A DNA stretch of 63,570 nt, counting the filler, from a bacterium (GTDB taxonomy: Bacteria > UBP15 > UBA6099 > JAJRTR01), in the NCBI GenBank assembly GCA_024278215.1. It is 6 parts of 6 records of this genome, joined end to end, with 100 filler letters (N's around TTAATTAATTAA, not from the genome) between each part and the next. Parts side by side here need not be neighbours in the genome. Positions count along the whole stretch, not along the records: positions 38,737 to 54,739 come from JAJRTR010000050.1; positions 54,840 to 60,417 come from JAJRTR010000051.1; 4 more parts are not named here. One strand, 5' to 3'. Position 1 is the first letter of the stretch. Every line of letters starts with the position of its first letter. A program made the position numbers and the translations under genes. This document shows positions 46,759-57,282 of this stretch, one piece after another. The notes under the pieces are model-generated. The model was not told the origin of the DNA. It saw nothing but the letters and a program-made list of their open reading frames with translations, and did no database searches.

Positions 46759-48567
46759 ATGATGATAGAACGCAACAGGTATCTTCTGGTGATTATAACA
46801 TTAGTTGCGGTGGCGCTGGTTGCTGCGGGATGCGGCGGCGCGGGCGGCGGCTGGAGCAGCGGCGACGTCACACCGGCGAACACAAGCGCCGGCAGTGTGG
46901 CGGGCTATGTGTATCAGTCGGCGCAGGCCGCGAGCAGACAGGCTGCGGCAAGGCAGGTGCTCGTGCCGCTCGAAGGCGCTGTTGTTACAATCAACGGCCT
47001 ATCCGACACTACGAACGAAAGCGGCTACTATCTGATCGAAAACGTATCCGCCGGCACTTACAGCCTGGAGATAAGCGCGACAGGATTTACGACCGTAACT
47101 GTACAATCGGTTTCAGTCACCGGCGGGCAGACGGTAACGGCTACAGCCGAGGATGACGGCACTTACGCACTGACACCGTCGGCCACGGCGAGTTTCGAGA
47201 TAGATTCCTCGCCCCAGGGCGCGGCGATATACATAAACGGCGCGGATACTGAAAGCGTTTCACCCAATACATTCGATATAATCGCCGGATCATATTCGAT
47301 AAAGCTGATCAAATCCGGATACGAGAATTATGAGACAACAGCCGCCGTTTCGTCGTCGGGCGGTTCGGTGACTTATGCGATGGCACTGAAAGTGTCGTCG
47401 ATAACGGCAGTCACGACGAACCTTACAGTGACTTACGGCGGGACGTCGGCACCGTCATATACATGCACCTACTCGGACAGTTCGACCGGCAGTTGCCCAA
47501 CCCTCACATGGACTTCAGCCGACACTTCCGTCGCCACCGTGGACTCGACAACGGGAACTGTAACGGGCATAGCAGGCGGCACGACAACAGTCACCGGCAC
47601 AAGGTCTGAAAGCAACGCGAGTGTTTCCATACCTGTCACTGTTATATCGTCGGGGGACACTGTCAGTTCGGCCACCATAGACGCATCGGGCGTGAGCAAC
47701 AACGCGCTGAGCCTCTCCGGCGGTGCCACAGCAACCTTCACGAGCGTTTGTGTTTACTCGTTGTCGGGAACCACTGCCTGTGACGGTTCATGCGTATACA
47801 GTTCGTCGGATACGACCGCTGGAACGATAACATCAGGCGGTGTGTTCACCTGCGCGGTGGCGGGTGGCAGCACGGATGTCAAACTAACCTGCGGTTCGAC
47901 GGACAGCAACACGGTGGAAGTGTCGTGCGCTGTCGAAGACACGAATATCGAATTGAAGCTGTTCGGGGCACCCGACACCGACGGCGACGGTGAGGCGGAC
48001 ACGGCTTACGCGGACTCGATAACGCTCGATCCGGGCGATAGCCTGATCGTGCGGGTGAAGGTCGAGAACGGCGACGACCTTACCGGCTTCAGGACCGATC
48101 TCGAAATAAACGGTGGCTACATCTCGCCGAAGACACAAACCGATTCGTCGAACTGTTCGGCCTACGACGATACCGCTTACGATTCGTCGTCTATCTGCAT
48201 CACTAATTTCGGAACAGTTATCTCGCCGTCGAATCCTTTCTTCGGCAGCGACGACCTGGATACCATCAGTGCGGCGACCTATGTGAGCAACTCGACTGTC
48301 GAACCACTGACCTGCGTGGACACGGCGAAAAAAGCGAACCGGCTCGACTGCGCTGTCTCGACAAGGCAATCCGGCGATGTCCAGCCTTCCGCGGACGGTT
48401 CGGGCTACTTCGCGTATTTCCTGCTGGAGACAAGTTCGTCCATTGCGTCCGGCACGCAGACAACTGTTTCTATATCGTCGGATACCATGCAGATAATGAC
48501 AACCGACGGTGTCGAGATTACAATCGGCACCAGCCAGGTTTCGGACCTGACGATTACGTTCAATTAG
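46759..48567 (+). CDS. Lipoprotein: carboxypeptidase-regulatory-like, PEGA, Ig-like (Big_2) domains and C-terminal cohesin-like domain
   Basis: LVAAG-C lipobox; SSPQGAAIYING (PEGA); WTSADTSVATV (Big_2); PGDSLIVRVKVEN..LTGFRTDL...ADGSGYFAYF (cohesin-like). Confidence 0.75.
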   Translation: MMIERNRYLLVIITLVAVALVAAGCGGAGGGWSSGDVTPANTSAGSVAGYVYQSAQAASRQAAARQVLVPLEGAVVTINGLSDTTNESGYYLIENVSAGTYSLEISATGFTTVTVQSVSVTGGQTVTATAEDDGTYALTPSATASFEIDSSPQGAAIYINGADTESVSPNTFDIIAGSYSIKLIKSGYENYETTAAVSSSGGSVTYAMALKVSSITAVTTNLTVTYGGTSAPSYTCTYSDSSTGSCPTLTWTSADTSVATVDSTTGTVTGIAGGTTTVTGTRSESNASVSIPVTVISSGDTVSSATIDASGVSNNALSLSGGATATFTSVCVYSLSGTTACDGSCVYSSSDTTAGTITSGGVFTCAVAGGSTDVKLTCGSTDSNTVEVSCAVEDTNIELKLFGAPDTDGDGEADTAYADSITLDPGDSLIVRVKVENGDDLTGFRTDLEINGGYISPKTQTDSSNCSAYDDTAYDSSSICITNFGTVISPSNPFFGSDDLDTISAATYVSNSTVEPLTCVDTAKKANRLDCAVSTRQSGDVQPSADGSGYFAYFLLETSSSIASGTQTTVSISSDTMQIMTTDGVEITIGTSQVSDLTITFN

Positions 48568-48628
48568 TTACAACAGAGCTTATTTCCCGGTCGCATCATC
48601 CGGGCGCCGGGCAACGGGAGTTAATATT

Positions 48629-49189
48629 ATGAAAAACATTATATTCGTTTTGTTCTTCGCAGCAGCGGCAATATTTGTAATGCCTGCCGCGACGCATGCC
48701 GACGACGCGGGAAGTGATAAAACCCCTGCGGTTTCTTTATCAGGCACAGTGCGTGTCGAGAACGGAGAACGATACCTGCTAACCCTGATAAACGTCGAAA
48801 ACATATCCGGCCTGAACTCGGCGCGCGTCGATGTCGTCTACGAAACAGAAGCGCTCGAACTGATAAACGTGTCGTCGGACACCGATATCGAAACAACCGG
48901 AAAGCAGAATTTCCTCGGCCCGAATGTCCTTCACGTCAACAGCATAAAAGAGAAAGGCGTTTCGGAATACGCCGTATCCAGAACATGGAAGAAAGGCGGC
49001 GCGCCCGCTGGAGCGTCAGGTTCGGGGGCGATAGGACTGCTTGTCTTCCGCATACTTGACGATAAGGAAACACAACTCTCCATAAGAAGAAAAACGCTGC
49101 TGCTGTTGAGCGACGAAGAGACGCCGATACCGGAGATGTCGCCGGAATTTAAGATAAACGGATTCACTTATAAGCTGGGCGGCGAGTGA
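48629..49189 (+). CDS. Secreted single cohesin-like domain protein
   Basis: Signal peptide (ATHA); INVENISGLNSARVDVVYETEALEL...NFLG...GASGSGAIGLLVFRIL. Confidence 0.7.
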   Translation: MKNIIFVLFFAAAAIFVMPAATHADDAGSDKTPAVSLSGTVRVENGERYLLTLINVENISGLNSARVDVVYETEALELINVSSDTDIETTGKQNFLGPNVLHVNSIKEKGVSEYAVSRTWKKGGAPAGASGSGAIGLLVFRILDDKETQLSIRRKTLLLLSDEETPIPEMSPEFKINGFTYKLGGE

Positions 49190-49280
49190 GAAAGTGTCAA
49201 TCCTGTGGACTGGCGCAAACTTGTTTGTTCACAGTCGATAGCAACAGAGCGATGAATAAAAAAAGTGCAGGGAACAACTA

Positions 49281-52200
49281 ATGAAAAGAAAATATTGCCT
49301 GATAACGACAATAATGCTGTTCGCGACGATTTTATTCGTTCGGACAGTAAATGCGGACGAAAGCGGCTGGCGGCTGATAAGCATACCGTGCTACACGGCT
49401 GCCGGAGGTGCGGGCGCTTTATTGTCGCCGGTGCCCGAGTATGTGTACGAGATAGACGGCACAAGCAGCTATGCCCTTGCCGGCGAGGATATATCGCCCG
49501 GAAAGGCATACTGGATGTACTTCGACAGCGAGCCGCAGCCGCAGGCAGGCTGCATGACCATTTCCTACAGCAGCGTCGATGTCCGGCTCGATCCCGGCTG
49601 GAACCTTATCGGAAATCCTTTCATTTACGACGTGCCGCTCACCGGCGAATGGGACAATGTATACGAATATGATTTCACGACTGAAAAATATAAAAAAGTA
49701 AGTGTGTTGAAACCCTGGCACGGGTATTTTATCAAGGCCCCGGCATCGTGCGCCACGGGCTGCACGTTTACGATTGCCAACCCCGCGCCCGGCAGCATGG
49801 CGGGCCGCGCGGACGAACCGCATCTCGCTCGCGTCGTCGCCTGCCCGGCTTCCGGCGATGCAGACGGCAACAGCCTCGTCGACGCCAGCGATCTGTTCGC
49901 GATTAGTCAGAACTACGGAACATTGGTGACGAGTTCGACCTCTCTTTCGATCAGCCGCGCGGACACCGACGGCAACGGCATCATCGACGCCAGCGACCTG
50001 TTCGCGATCAGCCGCAATTATGGCGACACCTGCGAAGCGGGCATGACAAATGCTATCCCGGCGGCCGTCACGCAGAATGTCACCACTTCGCAGGACACGG
50101 CGCTTGACATCACACTTTCCGGTTCGGATGCGGACGGCGACACGCTTTCTTACGCAATCGTATCGAATCCGCTGCACGGCACTCTCACTACGACTTCAAT
50201 ACCGGCAGTCACATACACGCCGGAATCAGGCTACTACGGACAGGACAGCTTCACTTTCAAAGTTAACGATGGCACGGCGGATTCTCTTTCCGCGGCGGTT
50301 ACGATTACAATCGACCAGTCGAGTGTTCCTTCTGTGCCGGAAGTCACAGGCATCGAGGTCATACCCGATCCGAACCGGCGTTTCTCGTCGCTGCTCGTTA
50401 GCTGGGACCCGCCGTCCGACACTTCAGTCAACGCCTTCGACATCTACTGCAACGGCTCGCTCGTCAACACCTGCCCGGAGCAGCTCCAGTGCTTCAGCGG
50501 AATGGATTGCGACCCGAATATCGTATACACGTATTACATCAATATCCCCAACGTTTCCGGCGCTCCCGCCGACCCCAGCAGTTTCTCGTGCGATGTGCAG
50601 ATACAGGCTTTCACGATCGACAGCACGAATCTGATAGCGGCGCAGAGTCAGCTCACGGCGGCGGTCGCGGCGAGCACCTTCGCGCACACCGCCGATTCGC
50701 CTTACGCGGGCGGCACGACGAAAAAGGAAGGCACGCCCGAAGACTGCTCGGGCGTCCGCAACTCGCAACGTTCCGCAAACGCGGGCGGGTCGACTGTCGT
50801 CCTGCCCAACGCGCGCATCGAGGCATGGCGCAAGGAAAGTTCGTCCGAGAGCCCCAACGGGACACTTGTCGCGACCGTCTACTCGAACGACCAGGGCTAC
50901 TACGAGTTCTCAAGTCTCGATCCCGGCTACTACAACTTCATCGCTTTCCATGATAACGGAACCACACAGACCGACGACGATGTGTACAGTATGCTCGAGA
51001 GCATCAACATACAGCCTTCTCCGTTCAATGAAGGCGGATTCAACGATCTGGGTGACATGAAACTCGAAGAGACCGGAAGCATATACGGAAAGATCAAACT
51101 TGCGCTCGACGCGACCGGAGGAAACCTGCTGGCGACACCCGACGACACTTATATGGGCATCGACGTCTATATACCCGGCACGTCGTTCACTGCGAAAACC
51201 AACAGGTCCGGCGAATTCTACATCCTCTATCTGCCGCCCGCGACATATTCCATCGTGGCCGTAGCAGACAACTACGCGCTCGCACAGCGTGACGACATAA
51301 AAGTCGAGAGCAAACAGATAACAACCGTCACGCCCGACCTGGTGCTGCTCTCGTCCATCGGCAGCGTCGTCGGAACCGCCACATTCGCGGATTCGAGCAA
51401 CGACGGCGACGCATCCGTCGCGCTCCAGAAAGACGACGACACTTCGGTCGTGAAAACCGTCAGCACACTCACTGACGGCACTTTCACTTTCACTGGGCTC
51501 GCCACCGGCACCTATACACTGACGATCAATCGCTACGGCTGGCAGGCATACACACAAACATCCGTGAACGTGCTCAGCAACACGACCACCGACCTCGGCA
51601 CCATCGGCCCCATCGCGCGCATCCCGGGTCCTTCGATCAGCACGATAAGCCCGACTTCCGGCGACAACGACTCCGCCACCACTATAACCATCACCGGCTC
51701 GGAATTCGCCACGGGTACACTATTCTACATCGAAAAAGGACTGCTTGAAGCGCAACTCGAATCAATCACTTATGTTTCTGAAACAGAAATGACAGCCTCG
51801 GTTCCGGCAGGCTACGACTGGGGCATCTACGATATAAAAGCGGTCAACCCGGACACGCAATCGGTCACACTGAGCGAAGTTTTCAGCGTGACACTCCCCG
51901 CGCCGACGGTCACCTCGATATCGCCCGCGGAAATGGACAACAGCGTTGCGGAGGAAGCGACGATAACCGGCACCGGCTTCGTCGACGGCGCGTCGGTGCG
52001 CATCGGCACAACACTGACAAGCAATACAACGGTAGGCAACGGCGGCGCGTCGATTACAACCACTATCCCTGCGGGAATTACCGCGGGCGTTTATTCTGTC
52101 GAAGTGACCAACCCCGACTCCGCCGCGCGCTCGGCAACCCTCTCCACGGCGTTTACATCGAAGGCCCTTTTCCTGATCGAGCCGAGCCCCTACACGGAGG

Positions 52201-54739
52201 GGACGCTCAGCCTCGCGAAGTCCGCCACGATGACATTCACCGCGACATGCAGTTTCACAGATGGAACCAACACCACGCAGACGGACTGCTCGAGCGATGT
52301 CCAGTGGTATTCGACGAACCCGGACGCTGGAACTATCACACTTACAGGCGGCGCGTTCACCGCCGTCGCGGCAGGCACGACGATTGTTACGGCACAGCGC
52401 GGCACAGTCTCCAGCTCGGAACTCGATATCGCAGTCTACGATCCGGCAAATATATTCCTCGACAGCGGGCAGCGAATTTATTACACGAAAGACCACCAGT
52501 CGGCTTCCGTATCCGGCGACTTCGACGGCGATGGCTACATGGATATGATGTCGTCCAACTCCGGTTACGGACGCGCATATCTCAACAACGGCAGCGGAAC
52601 GCTAGCGCATGACGGCACATCGAACGCCTGCTCCGTGTCGGAAGGGTTCTCCGCGCTCGACGCGGCCGACTTCGACGGCGACGGCGACCTGGATGTCGTA
52701 TGCCTGTGGGACTCAGGCGGCTACGGGTCCGGCATACTCGGCAACAACGGCGATACGAGCGACTGGATCGGCGGTCTCGGCGGCTACGCCAACGGTGTGC
52801 AGGCGACGTCGATAGTTGCCGCCGACTTCAACATGGACGGCAGGCCCGACTGGGCTGTGGGCAATCCGGACGGTGGTAATGAAGTGCTGTTTGTCAACAG
52901 TGACGGCACGTCCACATCCTCGGGACAATCGCTCGGCTCATACAACACCGGCTGGCTCGCCGCGGGCGACGTAGACGGCGACGGCGACAACGACCTCGTC
53001 GAAGGCATCGCCAATGGCGGCAACCGCGTGTGGATAAACAACGGCAGCGGCTCGTTCACCGACAGCGGCCAGTCGCTCGGCAGCGGCATGACTATGTTCG
53101 TGCTACTGTCCGACTTCGACGGCGACGGCGACCTCGACATGTTCGACGGCACAGGTAGTTACGAGGGCGACCCCGCCGAGGCCGACACGATATGGCTCAA
53201 CGACGGCAGCGGAACCTTCACCGCGGGCAGCCAGTCTTTCACAGCTACCCTGACTTCCTCCGCGGCGGCTGTGGATGTCGATAACGACGGCGATTACGAC
53301 CTCATTGTCGGCGTCGCAAAAGGCGGCGGCGACATTCTCTATCTCAACGACGGCAGCGCGAACTTCACCGACAGCGGCCAGTCGTTCGATCCGTCATACA
53401 CGAACAGCATCGGAATCGGCGACTTCAACGGCGACAACGACGTTGACTTCGCCGCCGCCGCGCTCTCCGGGATTGTTGTATACTATGGAGGAAACGGCGG
53501 GGTGCCCGCCAACACGCCGCCGCAGGCACCGTCTTCACTTTCCGCTTCCGCCTCCGACGAAGATGGCGACGAGCTTTATAACGACGTCACCCTCACCTGG
53601 AACTCAGGCTCAGACTACGAAACACCGGACGCGCTACTAACTTACAATCTGAACATATACAGGTCCGACGGCTTCACTATCAGTTCGACAAATCACAGGT
53701 TCGGTCCAGGCCTCATGGGACACTCGATGACTGTTTCTTTGAAAAACCTTCCGGATGGCTATTACTCCTGGCGTGTGCAGACGGTCGATTCGGCATATAA
53801 AACATCGGAATGGTCTGTGCCCTCGAACTTCACAACCGGCATGATATTAGTCGAAAAAACCGGGCAGTTCAGCAGCAGCGATACTGGCGCGTCGCTCGCC
53901 GCCGACCTCGACGCGGACGGCGACGTCGACGTGATCGAGGCCCGCGACGCTACCGGCGGCGGACTGAATGTCGTGTGGACAAACGACGGCTCCGGCTCTT
54001 TCTCCGAATACTCTTCATTCGGTTCGGCGGACACCGGCGCGCTCGTCGCGGCGGACATAGACGGCGACGGCGACCCCGCCGCCGTCGAAGCCGCAAACGG
54101 AGACGGCACAATCTGGCTGAATAACGGCTCCGGCACCTTCACCGACAGCGGCGAGGACATTGGAAGTTACGCCAACGACATCATATTATTCGACGCGGAC
54201 AACGACGGCGACCTGGACCTGCTCACTGTCAACTCCGGCTCGGAATCTTTGCTTTACAGAAACGACGGCACCGGCGCTTTCAGTGTTTTCGCGTCTCTCG
54301 GCTCACACAGCGCTTATGCCGCGGACGCCGCGGACGTGACCGGCGACGGCCTGACCGATGTGGCGTTAGCCGCAGGCACTGAAGGTATGTTGCTTTATGG
54401 AAACGGCGGCGACGGCTCATTCTCTCTTATCGACGATTACTCGGGCGGCGGTGCCGACATCAATAATGTAGTCATTGCCGATATTACCGGCGACGGATAT
54501 TCGGATTACATTATTTCCGACGAAGATGATTACGTGAGAGAACTCACGGGTAAAGGCTATGTAACAAGCTTCCCCTGGTATTCGACAGCTTACGGGATTT
54601 CGCCTACAACTACTGTTGCCAGGCACATTGCAACGGTGGACATCGATGTTGACGGCGACACGGACATCGTAGTCTTCAACTACAACCAGTCGCTGCAGGT
54701 GTTGCTGTTCGACCATTACGACTCCGGAACATCGTATCC
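49281..54739 (+). CDS. Giant secreted adhesin (>1800 aa, 3' truncated): dockerin, cadherin-like Ig, carboxypeptidase-like, IPT/TIG, FG-GAP/VCBS propellers, FN3
   Basis: Duplicated GDADGNSLVDASDLFAISQNYG / ADTDGNGIIDASDLFAISRNYG; DADGDTLSY..G.DSFTFKVNDG; PSISTISP; many DFDGDGDLD repeats. Confidence 0.88.
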
Positions 54740-54839
54740 NNNNNNNNNNNNNNNNNNNNNNNNNNNNNNNNNNNNNNNNNNNNTTAATTAATTAANNNNN
54801 NNNNNNNNNNNNNNNNNNNNNNNNNNNNNNNNNNNNNNN
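54740..54839. other. Artificial contig linker
   Basis: N/TTAATTAATTAA/N. Confidence 0.98.
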
Positions 54840-55390
54840 ATACGATGGCAGCGATTGTCGGAAAACTTGTTTCGAGAAGGAAAGTCGCGGATGCGCTATT
54901 GATCGCGATGACTATTCTCATATCGTTCTTTTATGCGAATCGCGCGACGGCATACAGGGAAATATGGCGCGACGACTACACGCTGTGGAGCGCGGGCACG
55001 GCGTGTGCACCGGAATCTTATGTCGCGCACAACAACCTGGGCCGCGCATATTATGACATGGGAAAGAACGAGGCGGCGGCTGCGGAGTTCGAAAAGGCAG
55101 TCGCTCTCATGCCCGGCTTCCCGACGATAAGGAGGAATCTCGCGCAGTTTTATGCGTCACTTGGTCGCTTCGACGAGGCGCACAGGCACTACGAGGCGCT
55201 GGTTCTGCAGAATGCCTTCGATGCAAACGCGCTGCTTCCTTATATTGCTGTCAAAGTGAAAATGGGCAGAAAGCGTGAGGCGCTGATACTGATAGATCGC
55301 ATGTTGCCGCTCCCTGAGTTGCCGGAAGAACTTCGGTGGGAACTGTTGCGTATGCGCGAAAATATCACAGCGACTGAAAAGGAGAAATGA
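54840..55390 (+). CDS. C-terminal part of a TMTC-like membrane TPR protein (5' truncated)
   Basis: Last TM helix, then W.DDYTLW......P....AHNNLG and TPRs. Confidence 0.75.
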
Positions 55391-57282
55391 CTGCGCTCCG
55401 GCCCGTTGAAGCGGTACATTATATGATGCCACTGCACTACTTACTCGCATTTATTCTGACTGCCGACATCGTTTTCACACTGGCGGCGGTAGGTGCCTGC
55501 GACAACTTCATAACGCCCGGCGAGACTGCGCTCGGGGTGTCGGTTGTGTCGTTCATCGTGTGGCTTGCGGGAAAAGCCGTCCTGTCGGGCAGATACAGGC
55601 TACCGCGAATAAACGTGCCTTTAGTCTTTCTGCTGCTCTGGGTGGCGGCGGAGTTCGTCGCTTCGCTGCTGAGCACGCATCCCCAATACTCGCTCGGTGA
55701 GATGAAACTGCTTTTCGTATACGCGGCAGTCGCTGTCGCGGCGGCGGCGACAAAAAAGCAAAACCGCAGGGATGCCGAATATTTCTATATAGTGATTGCC
55801 GTTGCGGTGCTCGCGATGTCGGCGCACGGTATACTTCAATACTTCGGGTACGACATCATGCCGGCGCAGAGCAGGTACGCGCTATCGCCGTTGCGGCATG
55901 ACCGGGTGTATTCGATATTCGGCAACAGCGCGCTGTTTGCCGAGTTCCTTTCGGTGGCGGCGGCGGGCCTGCTGTTCGCCGCTCTGGAGAAGTCGAACAG
56001 TATCCGTGTCCGTCTGATCTCCGCGATTGCAGTGCTGCTTGCCGCAGTGTGCATCATTATGACGGCATCCCGCACGGCGATCCTGGCCGTCGGCTGTGCG
56101 GCGATTTTCATTGCGGTGTATCGGATTATAATTACCGAATCCGTAGTTCGCAGGCTGGGCGCGGCAATGATAATTATCGTCTTTACAGCGGCAGTTGGGT
56201 TTGCTGTCGCGCGACAACACGGCAACGCGAAGAATCAATCCGCGCAACTGCGTCTTCTCTACTGGCATTATGCAGTCGAAATGTACCGGGAAAGTCCGGC
56301 GCTCGGGAACGGAGCGGGTCACTTCAAGCTGGCGTATCTCGACAAACAACGCGAATATTTCAGCGGCCCGCATCTACAGCGCATGGAAGCCGCCGTACTT
56401 TATGAAAAACCGCGTCATCCACATAACGAATACCTCAACATACTTCTCGAAGCCGGGCCTGCCGGTCTGTTGTTCTTTATAATGATATTTGTAACGGGAA
56501 TCGGTGCCGCCCTGCGGAAGGGCGCGCCACCCGACGGCGGCGCTATGGGGGCCATGCTCGCCGCGTTCGCAGCCGTGAGCCTGCTCAGTATGCCACTGAG
56601 CGTGCCGGTCACGGGTATGCTGCTCGCATTGATCGCTGGCGCAATCGGTGTGCCGGGTGCGACCGGCGCGGACGCGGGGGAACCGCACGCGCTGCCGGTG
56701 TTATTCCAGAAACCATATTTGAAAGCAGTGCTGATAATAATTGTCGCGGCGGTCGGCGCGATGCTGCTGTCAAAACAGTTCAACGCGCTGGAGGCACGCA
56801 TCTACCTGACGAAAGCAAAACGCGCTCAGCCGAACCTGCAACATGAAAACGCGGAGCAGTACGCACGGAACGTACTTAGGATATACCCGCGTATGGGTGA
56901 AGCGCATTTCATGCTCGGCGTGACCGAGCTGAGGCTGGGCAGGGCGGAGGACGCGCTCGAACAGTTCGCGCTGGCGGGCGAGACGTCGAGTGACCTGAAT
57001 CTCGAGATCAATACGAGCCTCGCAATGGCGGCGGCGGGGCGGATATACGACGCGATAGACGTAATGAAAGAAGTAGCGGCGGCCTCGCCGATGGATATAC
57101 GTCCGAGGAAAATACTTGTAAAATATTATTCGCAACTCGGGTATTATGAAGACGCCCTCGAAGAGATGAAGACTGTAATGAAGTTCGAAGGAAAGCGCGA
57201 AGAAAACATAAATGCGTATAAGCAACTCGAGAAACTTGTGGACGAAACACGCGGTGGCGGCAGTGAAGGGACGGCACGATGA
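55387..57282 (+). CDS. O-antigen-ligase-like (Wzy_C) protein with C-terminal TPRs; possible O-oligosaccharyltransferase
   Basis: SIFGN, TASRTA, RLLYW, PALGNG.G.F, HPHNEYLNILLEAG. Confidence 0.85.
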   Translation: MTALRPVEAVHYMMPLHYLLAFILTADIVFTLAAVGACDNFITPGETALGVSVVSFIVWLAGKAVLSGRYRLPRINVPLVFLLLWVAAEFVASLLSTHPQYSLGEMKLLFVYAAVAVAAAATKKQNRRDAEYFYIVIAVAVLAMSAHGILQYFGYDIMPAQSRYALSPLRHDRVYSIFGNSALFAEFLSVAAAGLLFAALEKSNSIRVRLISAIAVLLAAVCIIMTASRTAILAVGCAAIFIAVYRIIITESVVRRLGAAMIIIVFTAAVGFAVARQHGNAKNQSAQLRLLYWHYAVEMYRESPALGNGAGHFKLAYLDKQREYFSGPHLQRMEAAVLYEKPRHPHNEYLNILLEAGPAGLLFFIMIFVTGIGAALRKGAPPDGGAMGAMLAAFAAVSLLSMPLSVPVTGMLLALIAGAIGVPGATGADAGEPHALPVLFQKPYLKAVLIIIVAAVGAMLLSKQFNALEARIYLTKAKRAQPNLQHENAEQYARNVLRIYPRMGEAHFMLGVTELRLGRAEDALEQFALAGETSSDLNLEINTSLAMAAAGRIYDAIDVMKEVAAASPMDIRPRKILVKYYSQLGYYEDALEEMKTVMKFEGKREENINAYKQLEKLVDETRGGGSEGTAR

